DNA of 64,000 bases from Nitrospiraceae bacterium (GCA_020356065.1 CP070632.1:58665-122664), one strand, 5' to 3'; counted from the first letter of the stretch, positions 20,701-31,168 are shown. Notes: generated by a model not told the origin, from the sequence alone. Numbers and translations are program-made.

Positions 20701-21345
20701 TCACTTTAATCTGTCGAATATGTGAGTTACAACGTAGTCAATCTCCATTCCCGTTGAATCAACATATATCATGTCATCGGTTTTCCTTAACGGCGAACTT
20801 TCCCTTGATGAGTCCCTTAAATCCCTGCTTCTGATATCATCAATCGTCTTGTCCATGGTCATCTCCGGGTTATTGATTTTGAGTTCTTTAAATCTGCGCC
20901 TTGCTCTCTCCTCAACACTTGCATCAAGATAGAATTTATTTTCTGACTCAGGACATATGGTAGTGCCTGTGTCTCTTCCCTCAATTACGACTCTTCCCTG
21001 AAGACATAATTTTCTCTGGATATCAAAAAGAGCTGATCTGACAGAAGGCTTCGCAGAGACACGGGAACTCAGTTCGCTTATTTCAGCTGTCCTGATCTCT
21101 GAAGAGATGTCCTGCCCGTCAACAAGGATCTGTTCATTTTCAAAGGTGATATGTATTTTCTTCAGCATATCATCAAGGGCCTTTTCATTTTCAATATCTA
21201 TTTTATGTTGGTCCGTCTGCCAGGCAACGGCCCTGTACAACGCACCTGTATCAAGGTAACTGTAACCGAGTTTCCTGGCGAGGAGCTTTGCGATTGTTCC
21301 CTTGCCTGACCCTGACGGGCCGTCTATTGTTATAACATGCTTCAT
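20701..21345 (-). CDS. cmk: Cytidylate kinase
   Basis: P-loop 'IDGPSGSGKGT'. 214 aa. Upstream of rpsA. Confidence 0.9.
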   Translation of the reverse strand: MKHVITIDGPSGSGKGTIAKLLARKLGYSYLDTGALYRAVAWQTDQHKIDIENEKALDDMLKKIHITFENEQILVDGQDISSEIRTAEISELSSRVSAKPSVRSALFDIQRKLCLQGRVVIEGRDTGTTICPESENKFYLDASVEERARRRFKELKINNPEMTMDKTIDDIRSRDLRDSSRESSPLRKTDDMIYVDSTGMEIDYVVTHIFDRLK

Positions 21346-21403
21346 TGTCTGTTCAGTATTCGATTCATGAATGTCAAAGATGTTTGGCCCACATTATTCA
21401 CAC

Positions 21404-21557
21404 AGCCAGGGAGGTAAGCTTTAAAAAAAGTTTTGAATTAGGCGCAATGCAAGTTAAAATGATCATTCTTAGCACTTCATCAAGGTATAATATGTATGCT
21501 TACGTACTGCTGTGATAGCCGCTCCCAAAACTTTTTTTAAAGCTTACCTCCCTGGCT
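21404..21557. mobile_element. MITE-like 154-bp element with perfect 32-bp terminal inverted repeats (AGCCAGGGAGGTAAGCTTTAAAAAAAGTTTTG) flanking a 90-bp core
   Basis: The left arm 21404-21435 is the exact reverse complement of the right arm 21526-21557. No coding capacity. It sits between aroA and cmk. Confidence 0.5.
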
Positions 21558-21594
21558 CAACTATTTATGAATAAAAAGGATTAGTAATACAGTT

Positions 21595-22992
21595 TCAATA
21601 CAAACTTTTCAGCAGTTCAGGAAACTGAGGGAAAGATGTATTGATACATTCCGTGTCCTCAATTATTAAGCCGCCTTCTGTAACCAGGCCCGCGACAGCC
21701 ATTGACATTGCGACTCTGTGATCACCGTGACTCTGTACGACGGCATGTCTTAATCTGTCTAATCCTGTAATGGCAAGGCCATCTTCAGATTCTTCAACGT
21801 GCACCCCTGTCTTCCGCAGTTCCATAGCCATTGATGCGATCCTGTCGGACTCCTTTACCCTCAATTCTGATGCCCCGGATATTCTGGTTACCCCTCCGGC
21901 TATTGCTGAAGCAGCACACAATACAGGAAATTCATCTATTGCCCTGAGAATGAGGTCTCCGCCGATGTCTGTTCCCATGAGTTCTGAATATCTGACGCGT
22001 ATATCAGCGACAGATTCGCCGGAAACTTCGTGTACATTATGGAGAGTTATATCTCCACCCATCTTCTGAAAGATATCAATTATGCCTGTTCTTGTAGGAT
22101 TAATTCCCACTTTTTTTATAACTATATCCGAGCCGGGCACTATCAGACCGGCAGCAATAAAAAATGCAGCGGACGAAAGGTCACCAGGGATGGTGATGTC
22201 AAATGGAGCCAGTCCCTTTCCACCCTGAATGCTCACTTCCAGGCCATCAATATTAATATCAGCTCCGCATGAGGTAAGCATCCTCTCGGTATGATCACGC
22301 GATTTGCCAGGCTCAATAACTGTTGTACAGCCTTCACAGTAAAGGCCTGCGAAAAGAATTGCTGACTTTACCTGTGCGCTGGCAACAGGGGAATGATATG
22401 TAATTGCAATCAGGTTACCGCCTTTAATAGTGAGAGGAGGCCTACCCCCTTTTTCAGAACTGATATGAGCGCCCATTTCAGAAAGCGGCTTAATGATCCG
22501 GCGCATTGGTCTTCTGAGAAGAAACTTATCTCCCGTAAGGACCGAAGTAAATGGCTGTGCTGAAAGAATTCCGCTCAGAAGCCTCATTGTTGTGCCGGAA
22601 TTACCGCAATCTATGTTATCCCGTGGAGCTGTCAGTCCTCTTAGTCCCTTTCCATTAATGATGATCCGGTCGCTGTCTTTATCATCTATGTCTATGCCCA
22701 TTTGGCGGAATGCTTTAAGGGTGCTTACGGGATCTTCAGCCTGCAGAGAGTTTCTGATGCTGCTTTTACCCTCGGCAAGGGAGGCCAGCATAATAGCTCG
22801 ATGGGAAATTGATTTGTCAGCAGGAGGTTTAATTTCTCCTTGCAACGGGCCTCTATGCCTGATACTAATCTGACTCAATGAGCTTTCTTGCCTCTTGTGC
22901 CTTGATAAATTCCTGTTCCAGGCCGGGCCAGTCAGAATTTTCAAACATCGCAATGAGAGCAGTGATGTGAGAAGAGAACTTTTTAAGGACAT
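21595..22992 (-). CDS. aroA: 3-phosphoshikimate 1-carboxyvinyltransferase (EPSP synthase)
   Basis: 'LQGEIKPPADKSISHRAIMLASLAEG' and 'NSGTTMRLL' EPSPS motifs. The annotated N-terminus overlaps tyrA by about 128 nt, so the true start is probably a TTG or other alternative codon near 22878. Confidence 0.88.
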   Translation of the reverse strand: MSLKSSLLTSLLSLRCLKILTGPAWNRNLSRHKRQESSLSQISIRHRGPLQGEIKPPADKSISHRAIMLASLAEGKSSIRNSLQAEDPVSTLKAFRQMGIDIDDKDSDRIIINGKGLRGLTAPRDNIDCGNSGTTMRLLSGILSAQPFTSVLTGDKFLLRRPMRRIIKPLSEMGAHISSEKGGRPPLTIKGGNLIAITYHSPVASAQVKSAILFAGLYCEGCTTVIEPGKSRDHTERMLTSCGADINIDGLEVSIQGGKGLAPFDITIPGDLSSAAFFIAAGLIVPGSDIVIKKVGINPTRTGIIDIFQKMGGDITLHNVHEVSGESVADIRVRYSELMGTDIGGDLILRAIDEFPVLCAASAIAGGVTRISGASELRVKESDRIASMAMELRKTGVHVEESEDGLAITGLDRLRHAVVQSHGDHRVAMSMAVAGLVTEGGLIIEDTECINTSFPQFPELLKSLY

Positions 22993-23719
22993 TTAATACT
23001 TCATCTTTATTGCTCGAGCATATATCACGCCATAATTCTGCCGGACTTAATGCGATTCGGGTCATGTCCTTTAATCCTGTTCCGCCAAAATGCAGTATAT
23101 TGGGATTTACGTCCATGATCGTGTTGACAACAGCATAGGCAACCACATGTGGCATATGGCTGACCGCAGCAAAAATCCGGTCGTGTTCTTCCGGGTTCAT
23201 ATGCAGAACGACCGACCCGACTGACTCCCATAATTCGATCACATTGTCAATGGCATGATCAACTGTCTTCGCGCTGGGAGTAATGATGCATTTTGAATCC
23301 CTGAACAGATCGGCGCTCGCACAATCAATGCCGGAACATTCCTTCCCTGCAATAGGATGGGCGCCGACAAAACTGACGCCTTGAGGCATCATGTCATCAA
23401 GCGTCTGTACAATACGTGCCTTAACACTTCCCACATCTGTGACGATCGAGCCTGTTTTGAGACCTGTTTTAATACTGTTCATGATATCGGTAAAATGTCC
23501 TGTGCAGGATGCCAGAACTACAAGATCGGCATCATGAACTCCCTCCTCATGGACCGTAGTGTAATTATCTATCATTCCGAATTCTCTGGCCTTGATCAGG
23601 TTTTCTTCACGTCTCCCTATGCCGGTAATGTGTCCCGTGAAGCCGGTCTGCTTGATCGCAAGTGCAAGTGAGCCGCCGATAAGACCTAATCCGATAATGG
23701 CAATTTTACTGAAGTTCAT
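22865..23719 (-). CDS. tyrA: Prephenate dehydrogenase
   Basis: N-terminal Rossmann 'IAIIGLGLIGGSLA' and a PDH domain. Confidence 0.85.
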   Translation of the reverse strand: MNFSKIAIIGLGLIGGSLALAIKQTGFTGHITGIGRREENLIKAREFGMIDNYTTVHEEGVHDADLVVLASCTGHFTDIMNSIKTGLKTGSIVTDVGSVKARIVQTLDDMMPQGVSFVGAHPIAGKECSGIDCASADLFRDSKCIITPSAKTVDHAIDNVIELWESVGSVVLHMNPEEHDRIFAAVSHMPHVVAYAVVNTIMDVNPNILHFGGTGLKDMTRIALSPAELWRDICSSNKDEVLNVLKKFSSHITALIAMFENSDWPGLEQEFIKAQEARKLIESD

Positions 23720-23824
23720 GATCGTACGTATAACTGATAAGTGGTATTTTCCCTCATTCTGAAATAATCAGCTACTAAGTATAAATAAATGAAAAATAAA
23801 AGTCATAACACCCCTGAGATGTGC

Positions 23825-24901
23825 TTACGTTATTGCTTTTCCCAGGGCATGTACAAGCTTTTTGTTTTCTCCCTGAAGACCTACGGTAATGCGTATTGAA
23901 TTCGGTCCCATCGGTCTGACGATAACCCCCAGTTTTAACATTTTATTATAAACCCTTTCGGCATCATTTTCGCCAACTACAACATATATGAAATTGGCTT
24001 CTGAAGGGACAAAGGTGACCCCAAGGTTCTTTAATTCTCTGTAAAGAAATTTTTTACCACGGGTGTTCATCTGTTTTACTTTTTTCACGTGGTTGTCATC
24101 ACGAAGAGCTTCAATGGCAGCGGCCTGAGCCAGGGAATTTACATTAAATGGCTGCCTGACCTTATTCAATTCCTGTATGATCGAAGCCTGTGCAACGCCG
24201 TATCCTATTCTCAAACCGGCCAGGCCGTAGATTTTTGAAAAAGTCCTGAGTATCAGGATTTCCTTACTTGCCCTCAGGTATGTAAAGCTGTCAGCGTATT
24301 CAGGAGCGTCGACATATTCGGAGTACGCCTCATCAACTACGATCAGTACGCCCTCAGGTACTTTTTTTACGAAACGGTCCATCTCATCCATGGTATTAAT
24401 TGTACCGGTAGGATTATTGGGATTGGCTATGAAAATCAATCTGGTCCTGTCTGTTATTCTTGAGGCCATTGCATCAAGGTCATGACGCCAGTCTCTAAGG
24501 GGAACGAGATTACTTTTGCCATTAGCTGCCTGAACGATCATTGAATACACAACAAAAGAAGGATGTGCCATAATTGCCTCATCCCCCGGATTTATGAATG
24601 TTCTGACTGCCAGTTCAATAATTTCATTTGAGCCATTGCCGAACAGAATTTGATCAGAACTGACCCGAAGTTTTTTTGACAGGACATCCTTCAGGTAGTA
24701 ACAGTTCCCATCAGGATATCTGTGTAATGTCTTCAGGCCGTTACGGATGGCTTTTACGGCTGAAGGTGAAGGCCCCATCGGATTTTCATTAGAAGCCAGT
24801 TTTACTGATTCTGATATACCCAGTTCCCGTTCAAGCTCCTCAACCGGTTTACCCGGTACATAAGGTTTTATACTGCTGATATGTTCGGGGGCTTTGATCA
24901 T
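23825..24901 (-). CDS. hisC: Histidinol-phosphate / aromatic aminotransferase (class II PLP)
   Basis: 'LASNENPMGPSP' start and the 'RTFSKIYGLAGLRIGY' lysine block. Embedded in the aro cluster, so it may serve Phe/Tyr transamination. Confidence 0.8.
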   Translation of the reverse strand: MIKAPEHISSIKPYVPGKPVEELERELGISESVKLASNENPMGPSPSAVKAIRNGLKTLHRYPDGNCYYLKDVLSKKLRVSSDQILFGNGSNEIIELAVRTFINPGDEAIMAHPSFVVYSMIVQAANGKSNLVPLRDWRHDLDAMASRITDRTRLIFIANPNNPTGTINTMDEMDRFVKKVPEGVLIVVDEAYSEYVDAPEYADSFTYLRASKEILILRTFSKIYGLAGLRIGYGVAQASIIQELNKVRQPFNVNSLAQAAAIEALRDDNHVKKVKQMNTRGKKFLYRELKNLGVTFVPSEANFIYVVVGENDAERVYNKMLKLGVIVRPMGPNSIRITVGLQGENKKLVHALGKAIT

Positions 24902-25003
24902 AAAAAATAAAAGATAAAATAAGAAAACTTAAAAATATGGATTCTATTTATTAAAATAATTTCCGAAAATTTAATTTTTTATTATTAATGTTTGATCTTT
25001 TTG

Positions 25004-26071
25004 TTACTCCGCAGAAGGATACGACCCGAGGACTTTAAGAAAGAGGCATTCCTTCTTTACATCTTTTATGGCCTTGCTTACTGCCCTGTCTTCTACATGT
25101 CCGGACATGTCAACAAAAAACAGGTATTCCCAGGCTTTTCTTCTTGAAGGTCGTGACTCGATTTTTGTCAGGTTAATCTTGTGTCTGGCAAAGGGTCTTA
25201 ACATCAAATACAGCGCACCCGGCTTATCCTTCAGAGACAGCATGATTGATGTCTTGTCCTTACCTGTCTTCCCCGGTGATTCCTTTGCTATTACAAGGAA
25301 ACGGGTATAATTTGCCTTATTATCTTCGATCCCCTTTTCAACGACCTTCAGATTATACACAGATGCCGCAAGCTCACTCGCGACTGCCGCAGCTGAAGGG
25401 TCCCGTGCTGCACGCCTTGCTGCTGCTGCCGTGCTGAGTTCTTCCAGGATAGGAACATGTGGATAGTTTCGATCCAGCCATGCCCGGCACTGGGCCCTTG
25501 GTTGAGGATGGGAATATATTTTCTTTATATTTTTTTTTAATCCGGTCTTTGACAGCAGATAGTGAGATATTGGTAGCATGACCTCAAAAGCGATTTTAAG
25601 GTCGAAATCAATAAACATGTCGAGTGTATAATTAATTACTCCTTCGGTGGAGTTTTCGATTGGTATTACACCATACTGCACATGTTCTCTCAGCACAGAC
25701 TCGAACACCTCTTTTATGGTACTTTCAGGAAGGTACTCGGAAGACGTTCCAAACTTCCTCCTTGCTGCTAAATGTGTGAATGTTGCTGACGGTCCCAGAT
25801 ACGCGACTTTTAAAGGTTGCTGCAAAGCCAGGGATGCTGATATTATTTCTTCATACACAAGTCTGAGCGTTTCATCAGGAAACGGCCCGGGGTTGAGCTT
25901 TTTCAGCCTTTTAAGGATTGCCCGTTCCCTTTCCGGAGAATGAATCTTCAGGCTCTTGTTCTGCTTGGTTTTTCCAACTTCCAGTGCGACCTCTGCTCGC
26001 TTATTCAAAAGGCCAAGGATCTGCTGATCTATTACATCAATTTCTTCCCGGAGTTTTTTCAGCTCTGACAT
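25004..26071 (-). CDS. pheA: Bifunctional chorismate mutase / prephenate dehydratase (P-protein) with ACT domain
   Basis: N-terminal chorismate mutase helix, a PDT domain and a C-terminal ACT domain. Confidence 0.85.
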   Translation of the reverse strand: MSELKKLREEIDVIDQQILGLLNKRAEVALEVGKTKQNKSLKIHSPERERAILKRLKKLNPGPFPDETLRLVYEEIISASLALQQPLKVAYLGPSATFTHLAARRKFGTSSEYLPESTIKEVFESVLREHVQYGVIPIENSTEGVINYTLDMFIDFDLKIAFEVMLPISHYLLSKTGLKKNIKKIYSHPQPRAQCRAWLDRNYPHVPILEELSTAAAARRAARDPSAAAVASELAASVYNLKVVEKGIEDNKANYTRFLVIAKESPGKTGKDKTSIMLSLKDKPGALYLMLRPFARHKINLTKIESRPSRRKAWEYLFFVDMSGHVEDRAVSKAIKDVKKECLFLKVLGSYPSAE

Positions 26072-26541
26072 AGTAATTAATGCTTCGGGTTAAAGGGTTA
26101 TCGCAGAAATATGTTGATGCTTAATTTAGCAATAAAAACAAGATTTTTCAAGACTTGAAGCAAGAACCTCTTGTTGTTTGGATACTCCTTCTATCATGTT
26201 GATCATGATCATTTATCAAAAATACAACTTATCAGCGGAGGTGCAAGTTGGATGAGTGACGGACTTGAATACCGTTTTTTATGACGAATAATCTGTGTGT
26301 ATAAAACATTACATTCTATGTATCAGTAAAGTCATTCAATTGCATGATTTTGCATACACAATCAGGGATTGTGCTCTGATAATTAATTTGTCATTATGAC
26401 AATTACATATTAATCAATTAGTTATAAGAGGCATAAATATAGGCATATTTATTGCTTCCAACTAATACACGCACTATGTGAAGCAATGGATGCGTACGTT
26501 CTTAAGCTCAATTTTCAGAAAATTTAAGGCATGGGAGTAAT

Positions 26542-27579
26542 ATGATCATAACAAACAAGAGAAGATCCAGACGGTTTGATCGTCCCTTTTTTGTCCAGTT
26601 CAGACAATTGAAGGGACTGGCTTCGTATTCACTGGGTATGACATCTAATATTTCAAGTGATGGATTTTGCTTTCAGTTTCAAAATATTGAGCTTAAGCAG
26701 GGTGATAACCTGGAATTCAAATTTAACAACCAGCAGACTAAACAGTCTGTTCATTTTTTTGGAGATGTGATGTGGACTCAGAAAAATGATATGAAATACA
26801 TCGCAGGTATAAGATTCTGCATGTCTGACAAGAAAAACAGAAAGAAAATGCTGAAAATTATATCTGACTTTTTTACAATTCCTTTGGATCAGTTGACTTA
26901 CAGGCATGATAAAAAATCGTCAGAGCATGTGAGAAGTAAAAAAGCAGTATCAGAAACGGATCAGGTGCACGGAAATTTATCAAGTTATTGGAAGCATATC
27001 ATAAAAAAAGGAATTAAAATATGCATGCATTTGGTTATATTAGCTGTGATCACCACTGCATTCGTGTTAGTTATGCCAGTATTGACCGAACAGTATGAGC
27101 ACCTGACGAAACCCCCTGTTGAATCGCATGTTCAAACTGTTGTTTATGATAATTCTGTTAATGATACGTCAAAATCAATGTCTGTACATCAGATAAGGGA
27201 TGCAATCAGAAGTGAATATGACGAATCAGAGAAATTATTTTTTGCAGATAAACATAGCGACTTGGAAGTAAAGAAAGGAAGCAGCAATGTAACTGCAATA
27301 GAGAAAGGAATGGAACTGACACATACTCAGCCGACACAAAGCGAATCAGAAAATTTTAAATTTTATGTTCAGGTCACATCTCCATACGACCCTGAGCATG
27401 CTTATGAAATGCTTTTAAAAATAAAAAATTATTATCCGGATGCGTTCCTGTTTAAGATAAATGACTATTATAAAATAAGAATTCCAGGAATAACGAGTGA
27501 AAAACAGGGGACAGAGGTCAATAAAGATCTGGAGGATAAGCTGAACGTCAAGTCTGTCTTAGTATACAGACTGAAATGA
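26542..27579 (+). CDS. PilZ domain - single transmembrane helix - SPOR domain protein
   Basis: PilZ motifs 'RRSRRFDR' (RxxxR) and 'NISSDG' ((D/N)xSxxG). Transmembrane helix 'ICMHLVILAVITTAFVLVMPVL'. C-terminal SPOR-like 'FYVQVTSPYDPEHAYEMLLKIK...YKIRIPG'. Confidence 0.55.
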   Translation: MIITNKRRSRRFDRPFFVQFRQLKGLASYSLGMTSNISSDGFCFQFQNIELKQGDNLEFKFNNQQTKQSVHFFGDVMWTQKNDMKYIAGIRFCMSDKKNRKKMLKIISDFFTIPLDQLTYRHDKKSSEHVRSKKAVSETDQVHGNLSSYWKHIIKKGIKICMHLVILAVITTAFVLVMPVLTEQYEHLTKPPVESHVQTVVYDNSVNDTSKSMSVHQIRDAIRSEYDESEKLFFADKHSDLEVKKGSSNVTAIEKGMELTHTQPTQSESENFKFYVQVTSPYDPEHAYEMLLKIKNYYPDAFLFKINDYYKIRIPGITSEKQGTEVNKDLEDKLNVKSVLVYRLK

Positions 27580-27892
27580 TAGCTGGTACGTGCCATACAA
27601 AATGGTATCGATTATGAGGGACCGATGTGATCCGTATGACAAATATCATGGTTTAATTTCTGAAATACGGGTAATTAATACTAAGAAAAGAAATAGGCAA
27701 TCAAAAGAGGGTGTTGATTGAAATAAAAAGTTCCTATCTACCCCCCCCACTAAGAGCTTGGACTTTTTATTTTCACGTTGTCCAAAGACATCAGTCAGCA
27801 TCCTCTTTTTCCTTTCTTTTAATCATCGATTAAATTCTTTAAGATCTGAGTTTTGCACATGAACATGCAATTAAGGAAGGAGATGTTCCGTA

Positions 27893-30800
27893 TTATTTTT
27901 TTATCACTTTTACCATGATATCACCAAAGCCCGGCATACCGGTGAAGGGAGATAAGTTATTTGAGTCAAAAAGTTCATTAATATTAAAAGTGTACCCTGA
28001 AGTATTATTTGCAAATCCCATTCCAGACGCTGTTTGACCTCCTGGCCCGAAAGCTGTTTTAATAACCCCAGGCATTATTTCCTCTGTCAGGTATACCTTA
28101 CCATTCACTCTTTGTCCTAAAGGATTCTCAAGAGTAACTATTTCTCCGGTCTTGATTCTGAGATGATTGCCATCGGCTGTGTTAATAGATAAAACTGGTA
28201 TTGATACAGTTCCGGCATGAAATAGTTTTTCACCGTACTGAGGAATCGCATCTTTATCAGCCGGATTATGAATGGCAGGGTTAACATTCCGGAAATCGTC
28301 ATTTAATGGTTTCATACATTCAGTTTCAGTCTCGGCAAGGGAGGGGCATATACCAGTCATAGTCATTGCATAATGCGCCCTTCCGCTGATTAGTTGAAAG
28401 GGATACTCTTTCTTTTTTTCTCTGTAATGAAAATTTGAAGTAATCCACTTGCATTCTGACCAGTAAAAAGTAGAAGGGAAATCAGTGCCGAAAGTGCTAT
28501 TTATTTTTTCAAGATAACTGAATTTAAATTCAAATCTGCCCGACCCAGTGCGGGGGTACGTTCCTGAAGGGGATCCGTCTGACTTTTTATAACGGTAATA
28601 GCTTGCAGGCCAGATTGCCACGCCGTGGTTGTTTCTTAACCACTCAACAGTGAGGGGTACTCCCTGCCTGATCTTTATTTTGTCCAAGTTAGCTGTAGGA
28701 TCATCCGGCACTCCCATAATCAAGCTTCCTTCCGGCAGATCAGGATAGGGAAGGGGGTGTCCGAAATTATAGAATCCCGGAGCTTCACTTAATATTTCAT
28801 TTATGAAATCTTCTTCGTCTGTGTACTTCATAAAATCCTCAGCCTTTATATCAGGATCACCGTTTTTTATAAAGGCTTCAGAAAGGCAGGTCATGATTTC
28901 AAATGGAGTTTTAGAATTGTGTAATGGTTTAATTGTCTGGTCTCTTAAAGCAATTTCCGGGCTCATGGTATACACATCACTCACACCCATTCTCTCCAGA
29001 TATCCGGCCTCCGGTAGTATTAGATCAGCGTATTTACCGGTAACATTGATATGTGTGTCAATAAATACCATCAGCTCTAGGTGATAATCTCCGTTTTTTT
29101 GTTTTGCAGTAACGGAGTCGATCCAGTCATTGGTGTTGCCGGCAGTGATAACAGGATTTCCAGCCCTTGCTATAAAGGCCTTTACAGGGTAATGGTGACC
29201 TTTGAACGGGCCGTGTTTGAGTGTTATTCCATTTCGTATTTTATCCGGCATATCAGCAAGAACCCCTTTCCAGGCCGCTGGATAGTCGCCTAAGAGGTCT
29301 TTATGAAGTGCTGAGAGTTTGCCATTATTCTCACGACCTTTAATAATCCGGCTGACAATAACATTTAAAAAATTTTTGCCTGAAGTACGCTCCCCCTTTC
29401 TGGCCTTCTGGGAATCTATGAATACAAGCCCTCCCGGCACATCCATATTGCCAGTAATCAGGCAAATCGCTGTCATGAGAATGGACGTTACATCACCATT
29501 TGTGTGGTGAGCAGTACCATGCATACCAATTTCAATCGCAGAAGGTTTTGTGATTCCAAAGAGATGGGAAATATTCCTTATATCAGCTTGGGAAATTCCA
29601 GTCCTTTGCTCAGCCCACTCAGGCGTGAAAAAATTCAAACCATTAGATTCATCTATTCTAGTTGTATATGACAGAAATGCTTTTTTAAACTCGGTCCAAC
29701 CGGTTGTATATTTATCAATAAAATCATGATCTATATATTTTTTATTATCATTATTTGGATCGTCATCAGTAATAATGCAATAAAGGATTGATGCAAGCAG
29801 CGCCGCATCTGCCCCTGGATTTATTGGTAACCAAATGTCAGCATGTGCAGAAGAATTGGTGTAAGATGGATCAATAACAATATACATGCATCCGTTTTCT
29901 TCTTTAGCTGCCGGGATACCTCCAGACATGTAATTGAACCTGGTTGCCACTAATGGATTAGCGCCTATATTAAGAAGCAATTTTATGTCATGCTTTTTTT
30001 TTAGATCCAGATTCCCGTTATCATTTCTTACCAAAACCGGCCTCTGAATGTCAGGTAAAGGTCTTTCATCACCTATCATGATGCTCTGTCCCCATTTTCG
30101 GTTAGGATCACAGATGCTGCCATGATTGTAAGTATTCGGTGTACCGAAAGCATGAAATAAACGGTAATAGGCTTCCCTGTCAGTGACATCCCCGCAATCG
30201 AGAAATACTGATTCAGGTCCGTAATTCTTTTTAATATCAATTAATTTGCCTGCGATATGGTCAGCTGCTTCTTTCCATGTGATTTCTTTCCATTTATCGT
30301 CACCCCTATTACCGGTCCTTATAAGAGGAGATTTTATTCTATTCTGTGAGTATGTTAGCTCAAGCCCTGCAGCTCCTTTTGCACAAAGTGCTCCGTTATT
30401 AACTAAAGTATGGGGATTGCCATGTATCTTTGTAGCTACACCGTTCTCAACAGTTACTGTTATCCCGCATTCGGAAGGACACATTGCGTCTGAAGTAAAT
30501 ATCTGTGATGAAGAGTGTTCAGAAGGTGATAGGGGAAGTCGTGATTGAGTGCGAAGGGTAGACGGAATTTTTGCTTTTATATTCCTGGATAAGAGATTAA
30601 TATCAATGGGGTCATTTATTGTATAAAAAATTGAAGGATTTGTGGGGTGCTCTGAAAATCGAACATACTGATTTTTCTGTGTTAAAGCATGAGATATCTC
30701 ACTTGTTTTATTATTCAGGTCACCGAATATCATTGCTTTTCCCATACAACTATCAACACATACGGGTGATAAATTGTGTACTATCCTGTTGTCATAACAG

Positions 30801-31168
30801 AAATCACACTTTTCCACCTGAGCCGATTCCTCATTTATCTCAATCGCATCATATGGACATTTGTCATAACAGATCTGACATCCGGTACATTTTTGCTTAT
30901 CAAAAACAACAACACCATCCTGATTTTTAACGAGTGCCTGTTCCTCGCAGGCATCTATGCAGGGTGCACTATCACAGTGATTACATAAGCGCGGAAGGAA
31001 AATTTTTTTCAGATGTGGGTAATTACCTGACCGGACTGTTTCAATTCTGCATCTGGAAGTACCGAAGGGGATATTGAATTCAGATTTGCAGACCATCTGG
31101 CAGGCCTGACATCCAATGCATCTGTTAAGATTGATTAACATTCCCAATCTTCGCTGTTTATGGGCCAT
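27893..31168 (-). CDS. Fused 4x[4Fe-4S] ferredoxin (PsrB/NrfC-like) and molybdopterin (Mo-bisPGD) oxidoreductase catalytic subunit; no Tat motif
   Basis: Four N-terminal CxxCxxCxxxCP clusters, e.g. 'CIGCQACQMVCK' and 'CTGCQICYDKCP'. Then a MopB N-terminal FeS 'CPSECGITV...CAKG' and a long molybdopterin domain. 1091 aa. Confidence 0.75.
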   Translation of the reverse strand: MAHKQRRLGMLINLNRCIGCQACQMVCKSEFNIPFGTSRCRIETVRSGNYPHLKKIFLPRLCNHCDSAPCIDACEEQALVKNQDGVVVFDKQKCTGCQICYDKCPYDAIEINEESAQVEKCDFCYDNRIVHNLSPVCVDSCMGKAMIFGDLNNKTSEISHALTQKNQYVRFSEHPTNPSIFYTINDPIDINLLSRNIKAKIPSTLRTQSRLPLSPSEHSSSQIFTSDAMCPSECGITVTVENGVATKIHGNPHTLVNNGALCAKGAAGLELTYSQNRIKSPLIRTGNRGDDKWKEITWKEAADHIAGKLIDIKKNYGPESVFLDCGDVTDREAYYRLFHAFGTPNTYNHGSICDPNRKWGQSIMIGDERPLPDIQRPVLVRNDNGNLDLKKKHDIKLLLNIGANPLVATRFNYMSGGIPAAKEENGCMYIVIDPSYTNSSAHADIWLPINPGADAALLASILYCIITDDDPNNDNKKYIDHDFIDKYTTGWTEFKKAFLSYTTRIDESNGLNFFTPEWAEQRTGISQADIRNISHLFGITKPSAIEIGMHGTAHHTNGDVTSILMTAICLITGNMDVPGGLVFIDSQKARKGERTSGKNFLNVIVSRIIKGRENNGKLSALHKDLLGDYPAAWKGVLADMPDKIRNGITLKHGPFKGHHYPVKAFIARAGNPVITAGNTNDWIDSVTAKQKNGDYHLELMVFIDTHINVTGKYADLILPEAGYLERMGVSDVYTMSPEIALRDQTIKPLHNSKTPFEIMTCLSEAFIKNGDPDIKAEDFMKYTDEEDFINEILSEAPGFYNFGHPLPYPDLPEGSLIMGVPDDPTANLDKIKIRQGVPLTVEWLRNNHGVAIWPASYYRYKKSDGSPSGTYPRTGSGRFEFKFSYLEKINSTFGTDFPSTFYWSECKWITSNFHYREKKKEYPFQLISGRAHYAMTMTGICPSLAETETECMKPLNDDFRNVNPAIHNPADKDAIPQYGEKLFHAGTVSIPVLSINTADGNHLRIKTGEIVTLENPLGQRVNGKVYLTEEIMPGVIKTAFGPGGQTASGMGFANNTSGYTFNINELFDSNNLSPFTGMPGFGDIMVKVIKK

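Noticed and set aside
21450-21500. CIRCE (HrcA) operator inside the 154-bp inverted-repeat element
   Set aside because: Only one half-site (TTAGCACT) is present. There is no partner inverted half at 9-nt spacing and no chaperone gene downstream.
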